The notes under the pieces are model-generated. The model was not told where the DNA came from. It saw nothing but the letters and a program-made list of their open reading frames with translations, and did no database searches. 64,000 nucleotides of DNA from Candidatus Poribacteria bacterium (GTDB taxonomy: Bacteria > Poribacteria > WGA-4E > WGA-3G): assembly GCA_965242965.1 (NCBI GenBank), contig OZ251518.1, positions 5,344,001-5,408,000 on the forward strand, written 5' to 3'. Numbering within the stretch: position 1 is the stretch's first letter; each line of letters starts with the position of its first letter. Shown piece by piece: positions 20,155-31,228 of this stretch. The position numbers were made by a program, and so were the translations under genes.

Positions 20155-20931
20155 ATGCAAACAACAAAAAATCCATTTTTATCCGTCGCATTAGAAGCGG
20201 CGAGAAACGCCGAAGAAGTCATTACGTCTTACTACAACGGCGATGCGATGAACGTTCAACTGAAAGCAGATGAAACGCCTGTCACCCGCGCCGATACCGA
20301 AGCGGAACGGGTTATCCGCGAGACTATCAAGGCGGCATTCCCCGAGCACGGATTTTTAGGCGAGGAATTCGGCACCGAAAGAGGCTCATCGCCTTATTTG
20401 TGGATAATCGATCCGATTGATGGCACCAAGAATTACATCCGCAAAATCCCCATCTTCGCGACGCAGATTGCGTTGATGCAAGATGAGCGGCTCATCCTCG
20501 GCGTTTCTAATGCACCGTTGTTGAACGAGCTGCTATATGCGACAGCAGGCGGCGGTGCTTTTTTGAACGACGAACCGATAACCGTCTCGGACGTAGGCAA
20601 CCCTTCGGACGCGATGATTTGCCATGGTGGCCTGAAATGGTTCACGCCAAAGGGAGTTCTTCCCGGAATGTGTGAACTTATCAACGACACGGCGCGCTCA
20701 AGAGGCTTCGGTGATTTCTATATGTATCACCTCCTCGCTTCTGCTAGGGCAGATGTTGTCGTTGAAGCAGCGATAAGTATCTGGGACATCGCCGCGCTCA
20801 GCGTCATCGTGCGGGAGGCGGGCGGCAAGGTAACCGACATGCAGGGACGCGCTATTACAAAGGATACCGTGTCTATGGTTGCAACGAATGGGCGTTTGCA
20901 TGAGGCGGTGCTTCGTTATTTTCTACCATAA
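20155..20931 (+). CDS. Inositol monophosphatase family (histidinol-phosphatase HisN-like)
   Basis: ADETPVTRAD, GEEFG, WIIDPIDGTKN, RGFGDFY, WDIAAL. Confidence 0.88.
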   Translation: MQTTKNPFLSVALEAARNAEEVITSYYNGDAMNVQLKADETPVTRADTEAERVIRETIKAAFPEHGFLGEEFGTERGSSPYLWIIDPIDGTKNYIRKIPIFATQIALMQDERLILGVSNAPLLNELLYATAGGGAFLNDEPITVSDVGNPSDAMICHGGLKWFTPKGVLPGMCELINDTARSRGFGDFYMYHLLASARADVVVEAAISIWDIAALSVIVREAGGKVTDMQGRAITKDTVSMVATNGRLHEAVLRYFLP

Positions 20932-21121
20932 GAGCGAGTGCTGCTTGCTATTCATTCTTTTCAATTGTGGCGAGACTCAATTGCATGCCGAGATGCTATT
21001 TTTACGTGGCAAAAAATGCGTTTTTGTGGTAAACTTTATTACCAAACGGTGCTAACATCGGTTGACACGAATCTCCTACTGCAGGAGCCTCAACAATTTT
21101 GATAAAAGGATACCTAACGCC

Positions 21122-22897
21122 ATGAAAATCGCTTTTTTGACGTTGCTTATCGTTTTGACGCTATGTTTACCATTCACTTTCGCGCAAGATACCTCACAGT
21201 GGCGTTTACCCGAAGGTGCCAAGACCCGCCTCGGTAAAGGCTGGGTAACTCAGGTAGAATTTTCGCCGGATGGGACCCGGCTTGCGGTAGCCGGTTCTAT
21301 CGGGATTTGGATATACGATGCCCGAACCTATCAAGAAATCGCCCTACTGACTGGACATACGGTGACTGTTGAGAGTATCTCCTTTAGTAAGGATGGAAAA
21401 ATGCTAGCGAGTGGGGACAGGAACCGCACTATTCGGTTGTGGGATGTTCCGAAGGGCGAACTCCGAAAAACACTCATTGGGCATATGGGTGATGTTGCGA
21501 TGGGTGAACTCCGAAAAACGTTCAGAAACATCGGCCAGCAGAACCCTAGGGTCCTACTTAGTGGTGATGGGAAAACATTGGCGGGTGCGAGTCACAATGG
21601 CACTATCCTGTTGCAGGATGTCGTCACAGGCGAGCTCCTCCACAGCATTAAAGGACATAAGGACCGGGTTAACAGTATCTCCTTTAGTTGGGATGGTAAA
21701 ATGCTGGCAAGTGCAGGAGGCGCGCAGGATAAGACTGTTCGTATCTGGGATGTTGCAACAGGCGAACTTCGCCACACTCTGACAGAACACGTGCACGAAG
21801 TCTTAAGCGTCGCCTTCAGCGGTAATGGCACCACGCTCGCGAGTGGCGGAAGATTCCGACTGCTTTTATGGGATGTTGCCACCGGAAAACTGCGCAAAGG
21901 CCTCACAGGCCATACGGACTGGGTGAACAGCGTTGCCCTCAATAGCGATGGCAGTACTTTGGCGAGCATAGAAGGACATCGTGTCATTCGTATCTGGGAT
22001 GTTGCAACAGGCGAGATACGAAAAACATTCAGAGGACATACGGATTGGGTCTATAGCACTACGCTCAGAAATGGTGGAAACACAGTCGTGACTGGAAGTG
22101 GGCGCGGCACTATCCGGCTATGGGATACAGACACCGGAAAAGTCCACGAAACTCGGGTCAAAATTAGTGATTGGGACTTTGTTAGTATGATTGCTTTTAG
22201 TTGCGATAGCCTAACCGCGGCGAGTGGCAGGGGGAGTGGCACTATCCAACTGTGGGACGTGGACACGGGTGAGCATCGAAACACACTCACAGGACATACG
22301 ACTTGGGTCGACAGCGTCTCCTTCAGTGAAGATGGAAAAACGGTGGCAAGTGGCAGCCAGGATAATACCGTTTGTCTGTGGGATGCTCTAACCGGCGAAC
22401 TTCGCCATACTCTCACTGGGCATACAGCCTCTGTTAATAGCGTTGCCTTCAGTAGCAACGGAAACACACTAGCAAGTGGTAGTAGCGACGGCACTATTCG
22501 GCTCTGGGATGTGAGGATGGGGAAACTCCAAAAAACACTCACGGGAAGTTTCACGGCAGTTGAAAGTGTTGCCTTCAGTAGTGATGGCCTCACTCTGGCC
22601 GCCGGAGGCAGGGATGGCACCTTGCGCTTGTGGGATGTCACTACGGGCAAACTTCGCAAAACCCTTGCCGGACATACGAGTCAGGTTTTTCGCCTATCCT
22701 TCAGTGATGATGGGAAAATGTTGGTGAGTGGGAGTGCATACGGTCCTATCCGCTTGTGGGATGTCGCCACCGGAGACCTCCGGAAAACACTTAAAGGACA
22801 TACAGGTGAGGTAACCGGGGTTTCCTTCAGCAGCGATGGGCAAACGCTGGTAAGTGGCAGTGCTGATGGCACGGTGCTTCTGTGGGATCTGCGCTGA
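21122..22897 (+). CDS. Secreted WD40-repeat beta-propeller protein
   Basis: Signal peptide; many GH..V.SV.FS.DG..LASG..D.TI.LWD repeats. Confidence 0.93.
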   Translation: MKIAFLTLLIVLTLCLPFTFAQDTSQWRLPEGAKTRLGKGWVTQVEFSPDGTRLAVAGSIGIWIYDARTYQEIALLTGHTVTVESISFSKDGKMLASGDRNRTIRLWDVPKGELRKTLIGHMGDVAMGELRKTFRNIGQQNPRVLLSGDGKTLAGASHNGTILLQDVVTGELLHSIKGHKDRVNSISFSWDGKMLASAGGAQDKTVRIWDVATGELRHTLTEHVHEVLSVAFSGNGTTLASGGRFRLLLWDVATGKLRKGLTGHTDWVNSVALNSDGSTLASIEGHRVIRIWDVATGEIRKTFRGHTDWVYSTTLRNGGNTVVTGSGRGTIRLWDTDTGKVHETRVKISDWDFVSMIAFSCDSLTAASGRGSGTIQLWDVDTGEHRNTLTGHTTWVDSVSFSEDGKTVASGSQDNTVCLWDALTGELRHTLTGHTASVNSVAFSSNGNTLASGSSDGTIRLWDVRMGKLQKTLTGSFTAVESVAFSSDGLTLAAGGRDGTLRLWDVTTGKLRKTLAGHTSQVFRLSFSDDGKMLVSGSAYGPIRLWDVATGDLRKTLKGHTGEVTGVSFSSDGQTLVSGSADGTVLLWDLR

Positions 22898-23035
22898 TAT
22901 CCGTCCCCGCTTCCCTATTTCACGTCTTGAAAAAACTTGACTCCCGATGGTATTCTTCGTATCATTACCGGAAGTCTTTTTGCACAAACCCCAAACAGGA
23001 ACCACTATTGACGCTCAAAAAAGGATGTCTACACA

Positions 23036-24985
23036 ATGAAGACAAAACCGCTTCTTTTTATTTTCATCGCTCTTGTCATGACAACGGCATTTCTGCCACT
23101 CACCTTCGGTAAAGATTACTGGCAGTGGCATTTACCCGATGGGACTCTTGCTCGTTTGGGTAAAGGTAATGTGAATGATGTCGCGTTTTCTCCAGACAAC
23201 ACTCGGCTTGCGGTAGCCAGTTCAGTCGGGATTTGGATTTATGATGTCCAAACCTACGAGGAAATCGCTTTGTTAGCGAGTGACACGCTGCTTCCTACCT
23301 ATAACTCATTGTTCAAAGGAAATCCAGAGTTGTTCACCCCTGAGCAATTCCCCTTGCTTGAGGCTGTAGGACAGGCTGCACATAGTGTTGATTTCATTTC
23401 AGATGGACAGACGCTGGCTAGTGTGAATCTCGATAGCACTATTCGGCTCTGGGATACTGCCACGGGCGAACTCCGAAAAATACTCGCAGACTGGACACAC
23501 TCGTTTCCCTCTAACGTTGCTTTCAGCAGCGATGGGGCCGCGCTAGCGAGTCGGCATCAGGACGGTGCCATCCTTCTGTGGGATACGCGGACTGGGGAGA
23601 TCCAAAAAACTCTCCTAGGACATACCGACTTCGTGAACGGCCTTGCTTTCAATGTTGAGGGTACTATGTTGGCAGGTGGCGGCGAAGACAGCACCGTTCT
23701 TCTATGGGACGTTACCACCGGAGATCTGCGCAAAACACTCCAGGGACATACCGACTTAGTCCTTAGCGTATCCTTTGGTGGTGATAGAAACACGCTGGCG
23801 ACTGGAAGTAAGGACAAGACTATTCGGTTATGGGATGCCGCCACGGGCGAACTCCTGAAAACCTTGTCGGGACATACGGGCGAAGTTGCAAGCGTATCCT
23901 TCAGTAGCGATGGGAAAATGCTGGCAAGCGGCGGGAAGGACGGGGCAATCCTTCTATGGGATGTCACCACTGGCAACCTTCGCTCAGCATTTACTAGAAG
24001 TTTGGATGCCATCACTAGCGTATCCTTCAGTAGCGATGACCGCCGGTTAGCGAGTGGGAGTCATAACTACCTGCTGCTTTGGGATGTCCCCACCGGTGCT
24101 ACCCAAAAATCCTTCACAGGAGATAGAGAAGAAGTCCTGCGTGTTGCTTTCAGTCCGGATCGGAAAACTCTGGAAAATAGGGAAGCGGCTTTAATCACTT
24201 GGCCATGGAATGTAACCACGGACAAAATTCGAGAGATCTTGCTAGAACACGCAGGTTATTCTGGCCCTCCTGCGATTGCCTATAGTAGTGAGAGTCGGAC
24301 TCTGGCAATTGGTAGTTGGGTAGGCGATATTCAGTTGATGGATGTGGATACGAACACCCGAAAAAGACTTCGCGCACGTAGTACTGGACGCGTTAGTGTG
24401 GCCCTCAGTAGTGATGGCACCACGCTCGCAAGTGCGGGTGAGAACGGTGATATCCTCTTGTGGGATGTGGCCACGGGGAAGCGCCACCAAACTCTCACTG
24501 GAAGTCCCGAAACTGCTAACATCATTGCCTTCAACGGCGATAACAGCATCCTTGCTGGGGTAAGGCGGGATAATATCATCCATCTGTGGAATGTCTCCAC
24601 CGGAGAAATCCTAAAAACGTTGGATGGACATACAAGAGATGTGCGGTGCGTCGCCTTTAGTCCCGATGGGCAGACGCTGGCCAGTGCGGGTTACGATGCC
24701 ATGATTCATTTGTGGGATGTGGATACCGGAAACATCCAGAAAACACTCAAAGCCCCCGACCTTACAAATGCTATTTATAGCATTGCCTTTAGTCCCGATG
24801 GGCAGACGCTGGCCAGTGCGGGTTACGATGCCATGATTCATTTGTGGGATGTGGATACCGGAAACATCCAGAAAACACTTGCTAGACACACACGGTATGT
24901 CTCTGGCGTTGCCTTCAGCAGCGATGGGCAGATGCTGGTGAGTGGGAGTAGGGATGGCACGGTGCTCGTATGGGATCTGCGCTGA
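23036..24985 (+). CDS. Secreted WD40-repeat protein, tandem paralogue
   Basis: Signal peptide, same LP.G..ARLGKG leader, WD repeats, ends V..WDLR like its neighbour. Confidence 0.93.
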   Translation: MKTKPLLFIFIALVMTTAFLPLTFGKDYWQWHLPDGTLARLGKGNVNDVAFSPDNTRLAVASSVGIWIYDVQTYEEIALLASDTLLPTYNSLFKGNPELFTPEQFPLLEAVGQAAHSVDFISDGQTLASVNLDSTIRLWDTATGELRKILADWTHSFPSNVAFSSDGAALASRHQDGAILLWDTRTGEIQKTLLGHTDFVNGLAFNVEGTMLAGGGEDSTVLLWDVTTGDLRKTLQGHTDLVLSVSFGGDRNTLATGSKDKTIRLWDAATGELLKTLSGHTGEVASVSFSSDGKMLASGGKDGAILLWDVTTGNLRSAFTRSLDAITSVSFSSDDRRLASGSHNYLLLWDVPTGATQKSFTGDREEVLRVAFSPDRKTLENREAALITWPWNVTTDKIREILLEHAGYSGPPAIAYSSESRTLAIGSWVGDIQLMDVDTNTRKRLRARSTGRVSVALSSDGTTLASAGENGDILLWDVATGKRHQTLTGSPETANIIAFNGDNSILAGVRRDNIIHLWNVSTGEILKTLDGHTRDVRCVAFSPDGQTLASAGYDAMIHLWDVDTGNIQKTLKAPDLTNAIYSIAFSPDGQTLASAGYDAMIHLWDVDTGNIQKTLARHTRYVSGVAFSSDGQMLVSGSRDGTVLVWDLR

Positions 24986-25282
24986 TGATGGATACCCATG
25001 ATTTCACAATGTGATTTCTTGAAAACGGTTTCTTTTTTTGTGAACCCTCTAATACAAATGAACCTGAGCGGTTCGGGCTCTTCTGAAGTGATGGCATGTT
25101 TGCCAAGCGAGCCTGAACAGGTCAAGATCGGGCGAGCACCACCCACAAATGTGAGACGACTAAAATAAATGAATTGGGGATAAGCCCGATTCAGACAGAA
25201 ATCCGCGCGTTATTCCTTGCATCAACGCGCCGCTTCATGGTATACTATATAAACATACCCTAAAAAAAGCGAGAATTTTAAT

Positions 25283-25963
25283 ATGCACCTCGATTTCCAA
25301 GAAGTCATCGACCTCTCTTATGTCGTTGACGAAAACAGCCCGCGCGAATTGCCCATCGAGCCGGTTAAAATCTATCCTCAGGCCACGCTTGAAGAAGACG
25401 GCTATTTTGAAAGCCGCGTCGATATGTCCGGGCACTGCTCCACGCACATTGACGCGCCGTGTCTCATGTATCCCGATGGGTTCACCGTCGCGGAAATCCC
25501 GAAAGACAAACTGACCGGGGCTGCCGTGCTGATGGACTTCTCCGCAATTAAGAAACCAAACGATGCTGTCACCGCCGAAGATGTGAGCGCGTGGATAGCA
25601 GAAAACGGCGAGATACCAGAAGGCAGCATTGTCTTTATGCGGACCGGCATGGATAGATTCGTCTATCAGGATAACTTCAACCGCGAGTGGATTGGCTTTA
25701 GCGAGGATGCCGCCGAACTGCTCGTTGGAAAAGGCATCAAGGTAATCGGCACAGACGCTTGCAGCATCGATTCGGTTGCGGGACATCCGCCGTTGCACGA
25801 TGGATTACCGCCTGCGCATCTCGTCTTCTTGGGCGCAGGCATTCCGCACGTCGAAGATTTGTGCAATTTAAGTCAACTGCCGATGCACTTCTACGTCGTC
25901 ATCGCGCCGCTGAAATTGGCGCGGAGTTCCGGCGCGCCGACGCGCGTGCTGGCGTTTGTGTGA
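25283..25963 (+). CDS. Cyclase family (kynurenine formamidase-like) metal hydrolase
   Basis: HCSTHIDAP, GTDACSID, EDLCNL, PLKL..SSGAPTRV. Confidence 0.88.
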   Translation: MHLDFQEVIDLSYVVDENSPRELPIEPVKIYPQATLEEDGYFESRVDMSGHCSTHIDAPCLMYPDGFTVAEIPKDKLTGAAVLMDFSAIKKPNDAVTAEDVSAWIAENGEIPEGSIVFMRTGMDRFVYQDNFNREWIGFSEDAAELLVGKGIKVIGTDACSIDSVAGHPPLHDGLPPAHLVFLGAGIPHVEDLCNLSQLPMHFYVVIAPLKLARSSGAPTRVLAFV

Positions 25964-26038
25964 TTTTTGTCGTCCGCAAGGCGTTCGGATACGTATCTGG
26001 TGCAAGAACGTTTCCTTACGCTATCCGTAAAGTGATGA

Positions 26039-27499
26039 ATGATGAAACCCAAAATTCCTGAACCACTCTTATCGTGCCTGCGAGAAATAGGCGAGGTGGG
26101 TGGAAACGGCACCTACCTCGTGGGAGGACTAGTCCGTGATTTGCTGCTGGAACGGAAGAGCCTTGATATTGATATTGTCGTTGAGGGGAACGCGTTCCGG
26201 GTAGCGGAAGCGATGCGGGAACGGTGGAACGGCACGTTAAACGTGCATCCGAATTTTGGCACGGCAACCGTTACGCCTGAAAACCCAGAGATGCCCAAAG
26301 TGGATTTTGTGGCGGCGCGTCGTGAAACTTATCAGCACCCTGGAACGTTACCTATAGTAAAGCAGGGGACTATCGATGCCGATCTGCGCAGACGCGACTT
26401 TACTATCAACGCCTTAGCGATGCGGTTAGATGCCGATGCATTCGGCACTATCGTTGACCCGGGGGACGGCATGGCTGACCTCGGGACCGGCACTATTCGG
26501 GTGCTACATCAGCAAAGTTACATTGATGACCCTACCCGTATTTTCCGCGCCTGCCGATATGCTGGCAGATACGGCTTTCACATCGCCGATGGAGATAAGG
26601 TTCTCATTCGGGAGGCACTGCCGGTATTACTGAAGGTCAGCGGCGAACGCATCCGCAACGACATTAACCGCATCCTTCAGGAAGAGAACGTCCCCCAGAT
26701 CGTGCAACTCCTGACAGAATTTGATGTCTGGAGAAAAATTTCTATAGGGTGGGACATTGGCGAGAATTTTGACCGGCGATTTGCAGAAGCACAGCAGGCA
26801 ATCACGTGGGTATCGGAACATCTACCAGATGAACCATTTTATCCGGAAATAGTTCGGTGGATGACACTTTTCAAAGGGAATTTGGACTCACATTGGCTTG
26901 AGGCAATTAGTTTCAGGCTGGTATTGCCGCATCAACTTCTGCGCCTCGGGGGCAAAGTGCCGGAAGACGTGTCCTTTGAAAATGAAGAGTTTCAGGATGA
27001 AGAACTTTCGCTTTCGCAGCATGTCACCGTGGCATCTCACAACGGCAAGTGGCTTATCGTTGATGCGGAAAACCACAAAACCTACGTGCGCGCGGATGGG
27101 CGGTTCTATCAGGTTTTGACACCGCTGACGACACATAACGCTTTGCTGTTGCCGGTGCTCTTTTTGTTATCTGAGACCCCGACGCTCAGCGAGATTCATA
27201 ACTTGTTGAAATCTTATCCCCTGGAGGCATCGGTGCTGGCAATGCATCATGTCAATGTGGAGCCGCTGCAGCGCGAACAGATAGGCAATTACTTGCGAAC
27301 GGTGCGGCAGATGGAGCCGCTTGTCACCGGCCGCGACCTGATTGAGTGGGGTGAGAAACCTGGGAAAGCCTTTGAGACGTTTCTGTCACGCCTATTTTCG
27401 GCGCAGCTGGATGGGAAAATCACCACAAAATCGGAGGCACATCGCTGGTTGCAGGCGTTGAAAAAAGACTCGGCGGAAGCAGTATCCGAGAAATCGTGA
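26039..27499 (+). CDS. tRNA nucleotidyltransferase / poly(A) polymerase family
   Basis: YLVGGLVRDLLL, DIDIVV, DLRRRDFTINAL, DDPTRIFRA, SGERI. Confidence 0.9.
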   Translation: MMKPKIPEPLLSCLREIGEVGGNGTYLVGGLVRDLLLERKSLDIDIVVEGNAFRVAEAMRERWNGTLNVHPNFGTATVTPENPEMPKVDFVAARRETYQHPGTLPIVKQGTIDADLRRRDFTINALAMRLDADAFGTIVDPGDGMADLGTGTIRVLHQQSYIDDPTRIFRACRYAGRYGFHIADGDKVLIREALPVLLKVSGERIRNDINRILQEENVPQIVQLLTEFDVWRKISIGWDIGENFDRRFAEAQQAITWVSEHLPDEPFYPEIVRWMTLFKGNLDSHWLEAISFRLVLPHQLLRLGGKVPEDVSFENEEFQDEELSLSQHVTVASHNGKWLIVDAENHKTYVRADGRFYQVLTPLTTHNALLLPVLFLLSETPTLSEIHNLLKSYPLEASVLAMHHVNVEPLQREQIGNYLRTVRQMEPLVTGRDLIEWGEKPGKAFETFLSRLFSAQLDGKITTKSEAHRWLQALKKDSAEAVSEKS

Positions 27500-27556
27500 T
27501 TACCGTAGGGCGTGGGCTAGCCGCGACGCGTGCTTTCGTCTTTGATTAGGGAAACT

Positions 27557-28234
27557 ATGTTCAATCCTTTTGAAGCCATTCTTATCGTTACGCAGTTTAT
27601 CGTCTTGCTAACCTTTCACGAGTGGGGGCATGCGAAATCAGCCCACATGCTAGGCGATTCAACCGCTCACAGCCAAGGCCGCATGTCGCTCAATCCGGCG
27701 GTGCACATCGATCCCATCGGCACGATATTACTGCCGCTGCTCGGCACCTTCTTCGACAGCACCTTTTTTGGCTGGGCGAAGCCGGTGCCTGTTAACCCGT
27801 TCAACCTCAAAGATCCGAGAAGGGACGTGATGCTTATCGCGGCCGCCGGGCCTTTCATGAACATCGTCCTAACTTTTGCGATTTTAGCGATTGCCCGGCT
27901 GTCGGAAGTGGTCTTCAACTTTCCGCAACCCGGCTCTGTCATGCATGCGGAGATTGCTCGGCAATGGGTTCGCATGGGGCTCATCAGCGTATTTTTGGCT
28001 GCGTTTAACATGCTGCCGCTCTATCCGTTAGATGGGTTCAGCGTTGTGCGTGGCTTGCTACCTGCCCGTGCCGCGCGCCAGTGGGAAAACCTCAGCCCTT
28101 ACGGCATGCCGATTCTGATGTGCCTGATTTTTCTCCCCGGTCTCCTCGGAATACCGAACTATGTGTTCCGTTTTTTGTCTGAAATCAGTTACACAACCTT
28201 CGACCTCATCGCGAAAATCGTCGGACTGCGCTAA
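27557..28234 (+). CDS. Site-2 protease (peptidase M50)
   Basis: HEWGH, FGWAKPVPVNP, AAGP, FNMLPLYPLDG. Confidence 0.93.
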   Translation: MFNPFEAILIVTQFIVLLTFHEWGHAKSAHMLGDSTAHSQGRMSLNPAVHIDPIGTILLPLLGTFFDSTFFGWAKPVPVNPFNLKDPRRDVMLIAAAGPFMNIVLTFAILAIARLSEVVFNFPQPGSVMHAEIARQWVRMGLISVFLAAFNMLPLYPLDGFSVVRGLLPARAARQWENLSPYGMPILMCLIFLPGLLGIPNYVFRFLSEISYTTFDLIAKIVGLR

Positions 28235-28316
28235 AAACGCAAGTCAAAAACGGAGATATTGACAACGTCGATGTTGATAGTTGATAGTCGATATCGAATG
28301 ACGCAAAGAGACGCTG

Positions 28317-29135
28317 ATGAACCAAACAACCTTATCAAACGCCTTGCGAACAACAGAAATAACCACACCGACTCTCGCACCCGCGCCGCCGATTTCTCCG
28401 ATGTATTCGGTTAAATTGGATGGATTCGAGGGACCGCTCGATCTACTCCTCCATCTCATTCAGAAGGAAGAGATGGACATTCACGATATCCAGATCGCGC
28501 ATATCACTGACCGGTATCTGGAATACGTGAATTTAATGGAGCAGCTGGATTTGGACGTAGCGTCCGAGTTCTTGGTAATGGCGGCGACGCTCCTCTATCT
28601 CAAATCGCAGAGCATCCTCCCGCAAATCGTCGCGGATGCCGAGTATCCTATCGGCGACAGGGAGCAGCTCGTCGAGCAGCTGCTGGAGTATAAGCAGTTC
28701 AAGGAGGCGGCGCAGGCGTTAGATGTTTACGCCGAACGGCGTTCGTGGCTCTATGGTAGAAGCCCGGAGCTCCACGCCGAGTTAGATGGCAGCAAGGAAT
28801 TCGAGATTAAAGCGACGCTGTTTGACCTGTTGACTGCGTTCAGGAACGTTAACGAACGGCTCGCGTTAGCCGAACAGGAAGAGCCTTATGAGACGTTTGA
28901 AGAGGAGCCGATTACCGTTGAGGACAAAATCGCCTTTATTGAGCGGCAGCTGCTGCACGAAGATCAGCTCCTCTTTGACGATCTGTTTCCGTCGCTACCC
29001 GGTTCGCCGTCACATCACGCCGAACGCATCGTTACGTTCCTCGCCATTTTGGAGTTGGCGCGGATAGGGAAAATCGTCACGGTGCAGACGGGACCGTTTG
29101 AGAGTATCTATATCGTCAAAAAAGGCGCGGTTTGA
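28317..29135 (+). CDS. scpA: Segregation/condensation protein A
   Basis: FEGPLDLLLHLI, ASEFLVMAATLL, TFLAILEL; alternative start at 28401. Confidence 0.95.
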   Translation: MNQTTLSNALRTTEITTPTLAPAPPISPMYSVKLDGFEGPLDLLLHLIQKEEMDIHDIQIAHITDRYLEYVNLMEQLDLDVASEFLVMAATLLYLKSQSILPQIVADAEYPIGDREQLVEQLLEYKQFKEAAQALDVYAERRSWLYGRSPELHAELDGSKEFEIKATLFDLLTAFRNVNERLALAEQEEPYETFEEEPITVEDKIAFIERQLLHEDQLLFDDLFPSLPGSPSHHAERIVTFLAILELARIGKIVTVQTGPFESIYIVKKGAV

Positions 29136-29297
29136 CATCGCGCCTACCGGGGAGACGGAGACGTGGACTTGTGCGTCCGTCCCCAAATCACCTGATAGGA
29201 ATCTTGATCATCTACCAGAAGGAATCGAGACCAGGAGGTCTCTCCTACCCAAATCACCTGATAGGAATTGCTCATGCTCATGGAGGCTGAAAATACG

Positions 29298-29906
29298 ATG
29301 AACGCTCAAAATTTAGCGGCAGACCTGGCCCCGAAGGCTATCTTGGAGGCAATTCTGTTTGCCGCGAGTGAACCCATCTCGGTAAAGCAGTTTAGGCACG
29401 CGCTGCCCGCGTTATCAACGCGCGAGATCCGCAACGGGCTTATTGAACTTCGCAACGATTACCAGGAGTTGCATCGCAGTTTCCGCCTCGTTGAAATCGC
29501 GAATGGGTATCAGATCTGCACTTGTCCCGAATATGCGGAGTGGGTTAGTAAGTTTTATACACGTCAGGTGCGTGTCACGCTGTCGCCTTCCGCGCTTGAG
29601 ACGCTGGCGATTGTTGCGTATAAGCAGCCTGTCACGCGCGCCGATGTCACCGCCATCCGCGGTGTCAATAGCGATAGCGTCCTCAATTCGCTTGTCGAGA
29701 AGGGGCTCGTTTGCATCGCTGGCAGGAAAGAGGGAGCGGGACGTTCGCTGCTCTTTTCCACGACAGACGCGTTCCTCCAGCAATTCGGATTGAAAGAGCC
29801 CGCTGAATTGCCCTCCCTTGAGGAAATTGAGGCGTTGTTAGCGTCTTCAACAGCGGAGGCAGCAGAGGAAGCAGCGAAAGAGAAAAATATGGAGGCGATA
29901 GAGTGA
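29298..29906 (+). CDS. scpB: Segregation/condensation protein B
   Basis: EAILFA, LSPSALETLAIVAYKQPVTR, RGVNS, FLQQFGL. Confidence 0.95.
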   Translation: MNAQNLAADLAPKAILEAILFAASEPISVKQFRHALPALSTREIRNGLIELRNDYQELHRSFRLVEIANGYQICTCPEYAEWVSKFYTRQVRVTLSPSALETLAIVAYKQPVTRADVTAIRGVNSDSVLNSLVEKGLVCIAGRKEGAGRSLLFSTTDAFLQQFGLKEPAELPSLEEIEALLASSTAEAAEEAAKEKNMEAIE

Positions 29907-31228
29907 TGAACTACGACGCGCGCTTCCAGTGCAGTGAAGGCTGCACCTATCCACTCACTGAAGTTATATACCGCTGCAGGAATTGCGATGGGCTGCTTGA
30001 AGTGCGGCACGACATGAACGCGCTCAAACAGCGCAGTGCTGACGACTGGAAATGCCTCTTTGAAAAACGTTACATGCGCACTCAATATCCCTACGGCAGT
30101 GGTGTCTGGGGAAAGAAGGAGCTGGTCTGCCCGAACCTTGATAACGAAAATATCGTCTCGATGTATGAAGGCGGCACAAATCTTTTTTGGGCGGAACGCT
30201 TCGGTGCGCAACTCGGACTCCCCGATCTCTGGATTAAGCAGTGCGGCAACAGCCATACCGGTTCTTTCAAAGACCTCGGGATGACTGTCCTTGTCTCAAT
30301 GGTAAAGCAGATTATCGCCGATGGCGGTGACATTCGCGCCGTCATGTGCGCGTCCACCGGCGATACGTCTGCCTCCTTGGCGGCGTATGCATCAGCCGCT
30401 GGTATTCCGGCGATTATTCTTTTGCCGAAAGCAAAGGTGACGCGCGAACAACTTATTCAGCCTATTGCTAATGGTGCGCTGACGCTTTCGCTGGAGACAG
30501 ATTTTGATGGCTGCATGGAGATTGTCCAAAAACTCGCCGCCCGAAAGGATTTCTACCTCGCCAATTCCATTAATTCCCTCCGAATTGAGGGGCAGAAAAC
30601 CATCAGTATTGAGATAGTTCAACAGTTCAATTGGGAAGTGCCGGATTGGGTTATCATTCCGGGTGGCAACCTCGGCAACGTTTCGGCACTCGGGCGCGGG
30701 TTTCTGATGATGCTAGAACTCGGCATTATTGACAAGTTACCGCGGATTGCGTGCGCGCAGGCGGAACGCGCAAATCCGCTCTACCGCAGTTACCAGACAG
30801 GTTTCACGGAGTTTCAGGCTATCACCGCGCAGCCCACACAAGCGACAGCCATCCAAATTGGCAACCCTGTCTCGATTCATCGCGCCATCCGCATCTTGAA
30901 GAGGTTTGATGGCATCGTAGACCAGGCGAGTGAAGCGGAATTAGCGGATGCCGCCGCGCGCGCCGATAGAACCGGGCTGTTCAATTGCCCGCATACCGGT
31001 GTCGCCCTGGCGGTGCTTATCAAGATGATAGAACGCAAGCAGATTCTCCCGGACGAGAGAGTAATCGTCATCTCCACGGCGAATGGTCTCAAATTTCCGG
31101 ATTTCAAGGTGGGGTATCACCATGTCGCCCCTGGCGAACCGCCGCCGCGTTATCTCAACGCGCCGGTAGAATTGCCGGCGGATTATGACGGTGTGCTTCA
31201 GAAAATCTCCGCGCATCTGGATACCTAA
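29903..31228 (+). CDS. thrC: Threonine synthase (plant/planctomycete-like type)
   Basis: HTGSFKDLGMT, CASTGDTSASLAAY, RIEGQKT, PGGNLGN, STANGLKF. Confidence 0.95.
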   Translation: MMNYDARFQCSEGCTYPLTEVIYRCRNCDGLLEVRHDMNALKQRSADDWKCLFEKRYMRTQYPYGSGVWGKKELVCPNLDNENIVSMYEGGTNLFWAERFGAQLGLPDLWIKQCGNSHTGSFKDLGMTVLVSMVKQIIADGGDIRAVMCASTGDTSASLAAYASAAGIPAIILLPKAKVTREQLIQPIANGALTLSLETDFDGCMEIVQKLAARKDFYLANSINSLRIEGQKTISIEIVQQFNWEVPDWVIIPGGNLGNVSALGRGFLMMLELGIIDKLPRIACAQAERANPLYRSYQTGFTEFQAITAQPTQATAIQIGNPVSIHRAIRILKRFDGIVDQASEAELADAAARADRTGLFNCPHTGVALAVLIKMIERKQILPDERVIVISTANGLKFPDFKVGYHHVAPGEPPPRYLNAPVELPADYDGVLQKISAHLDT

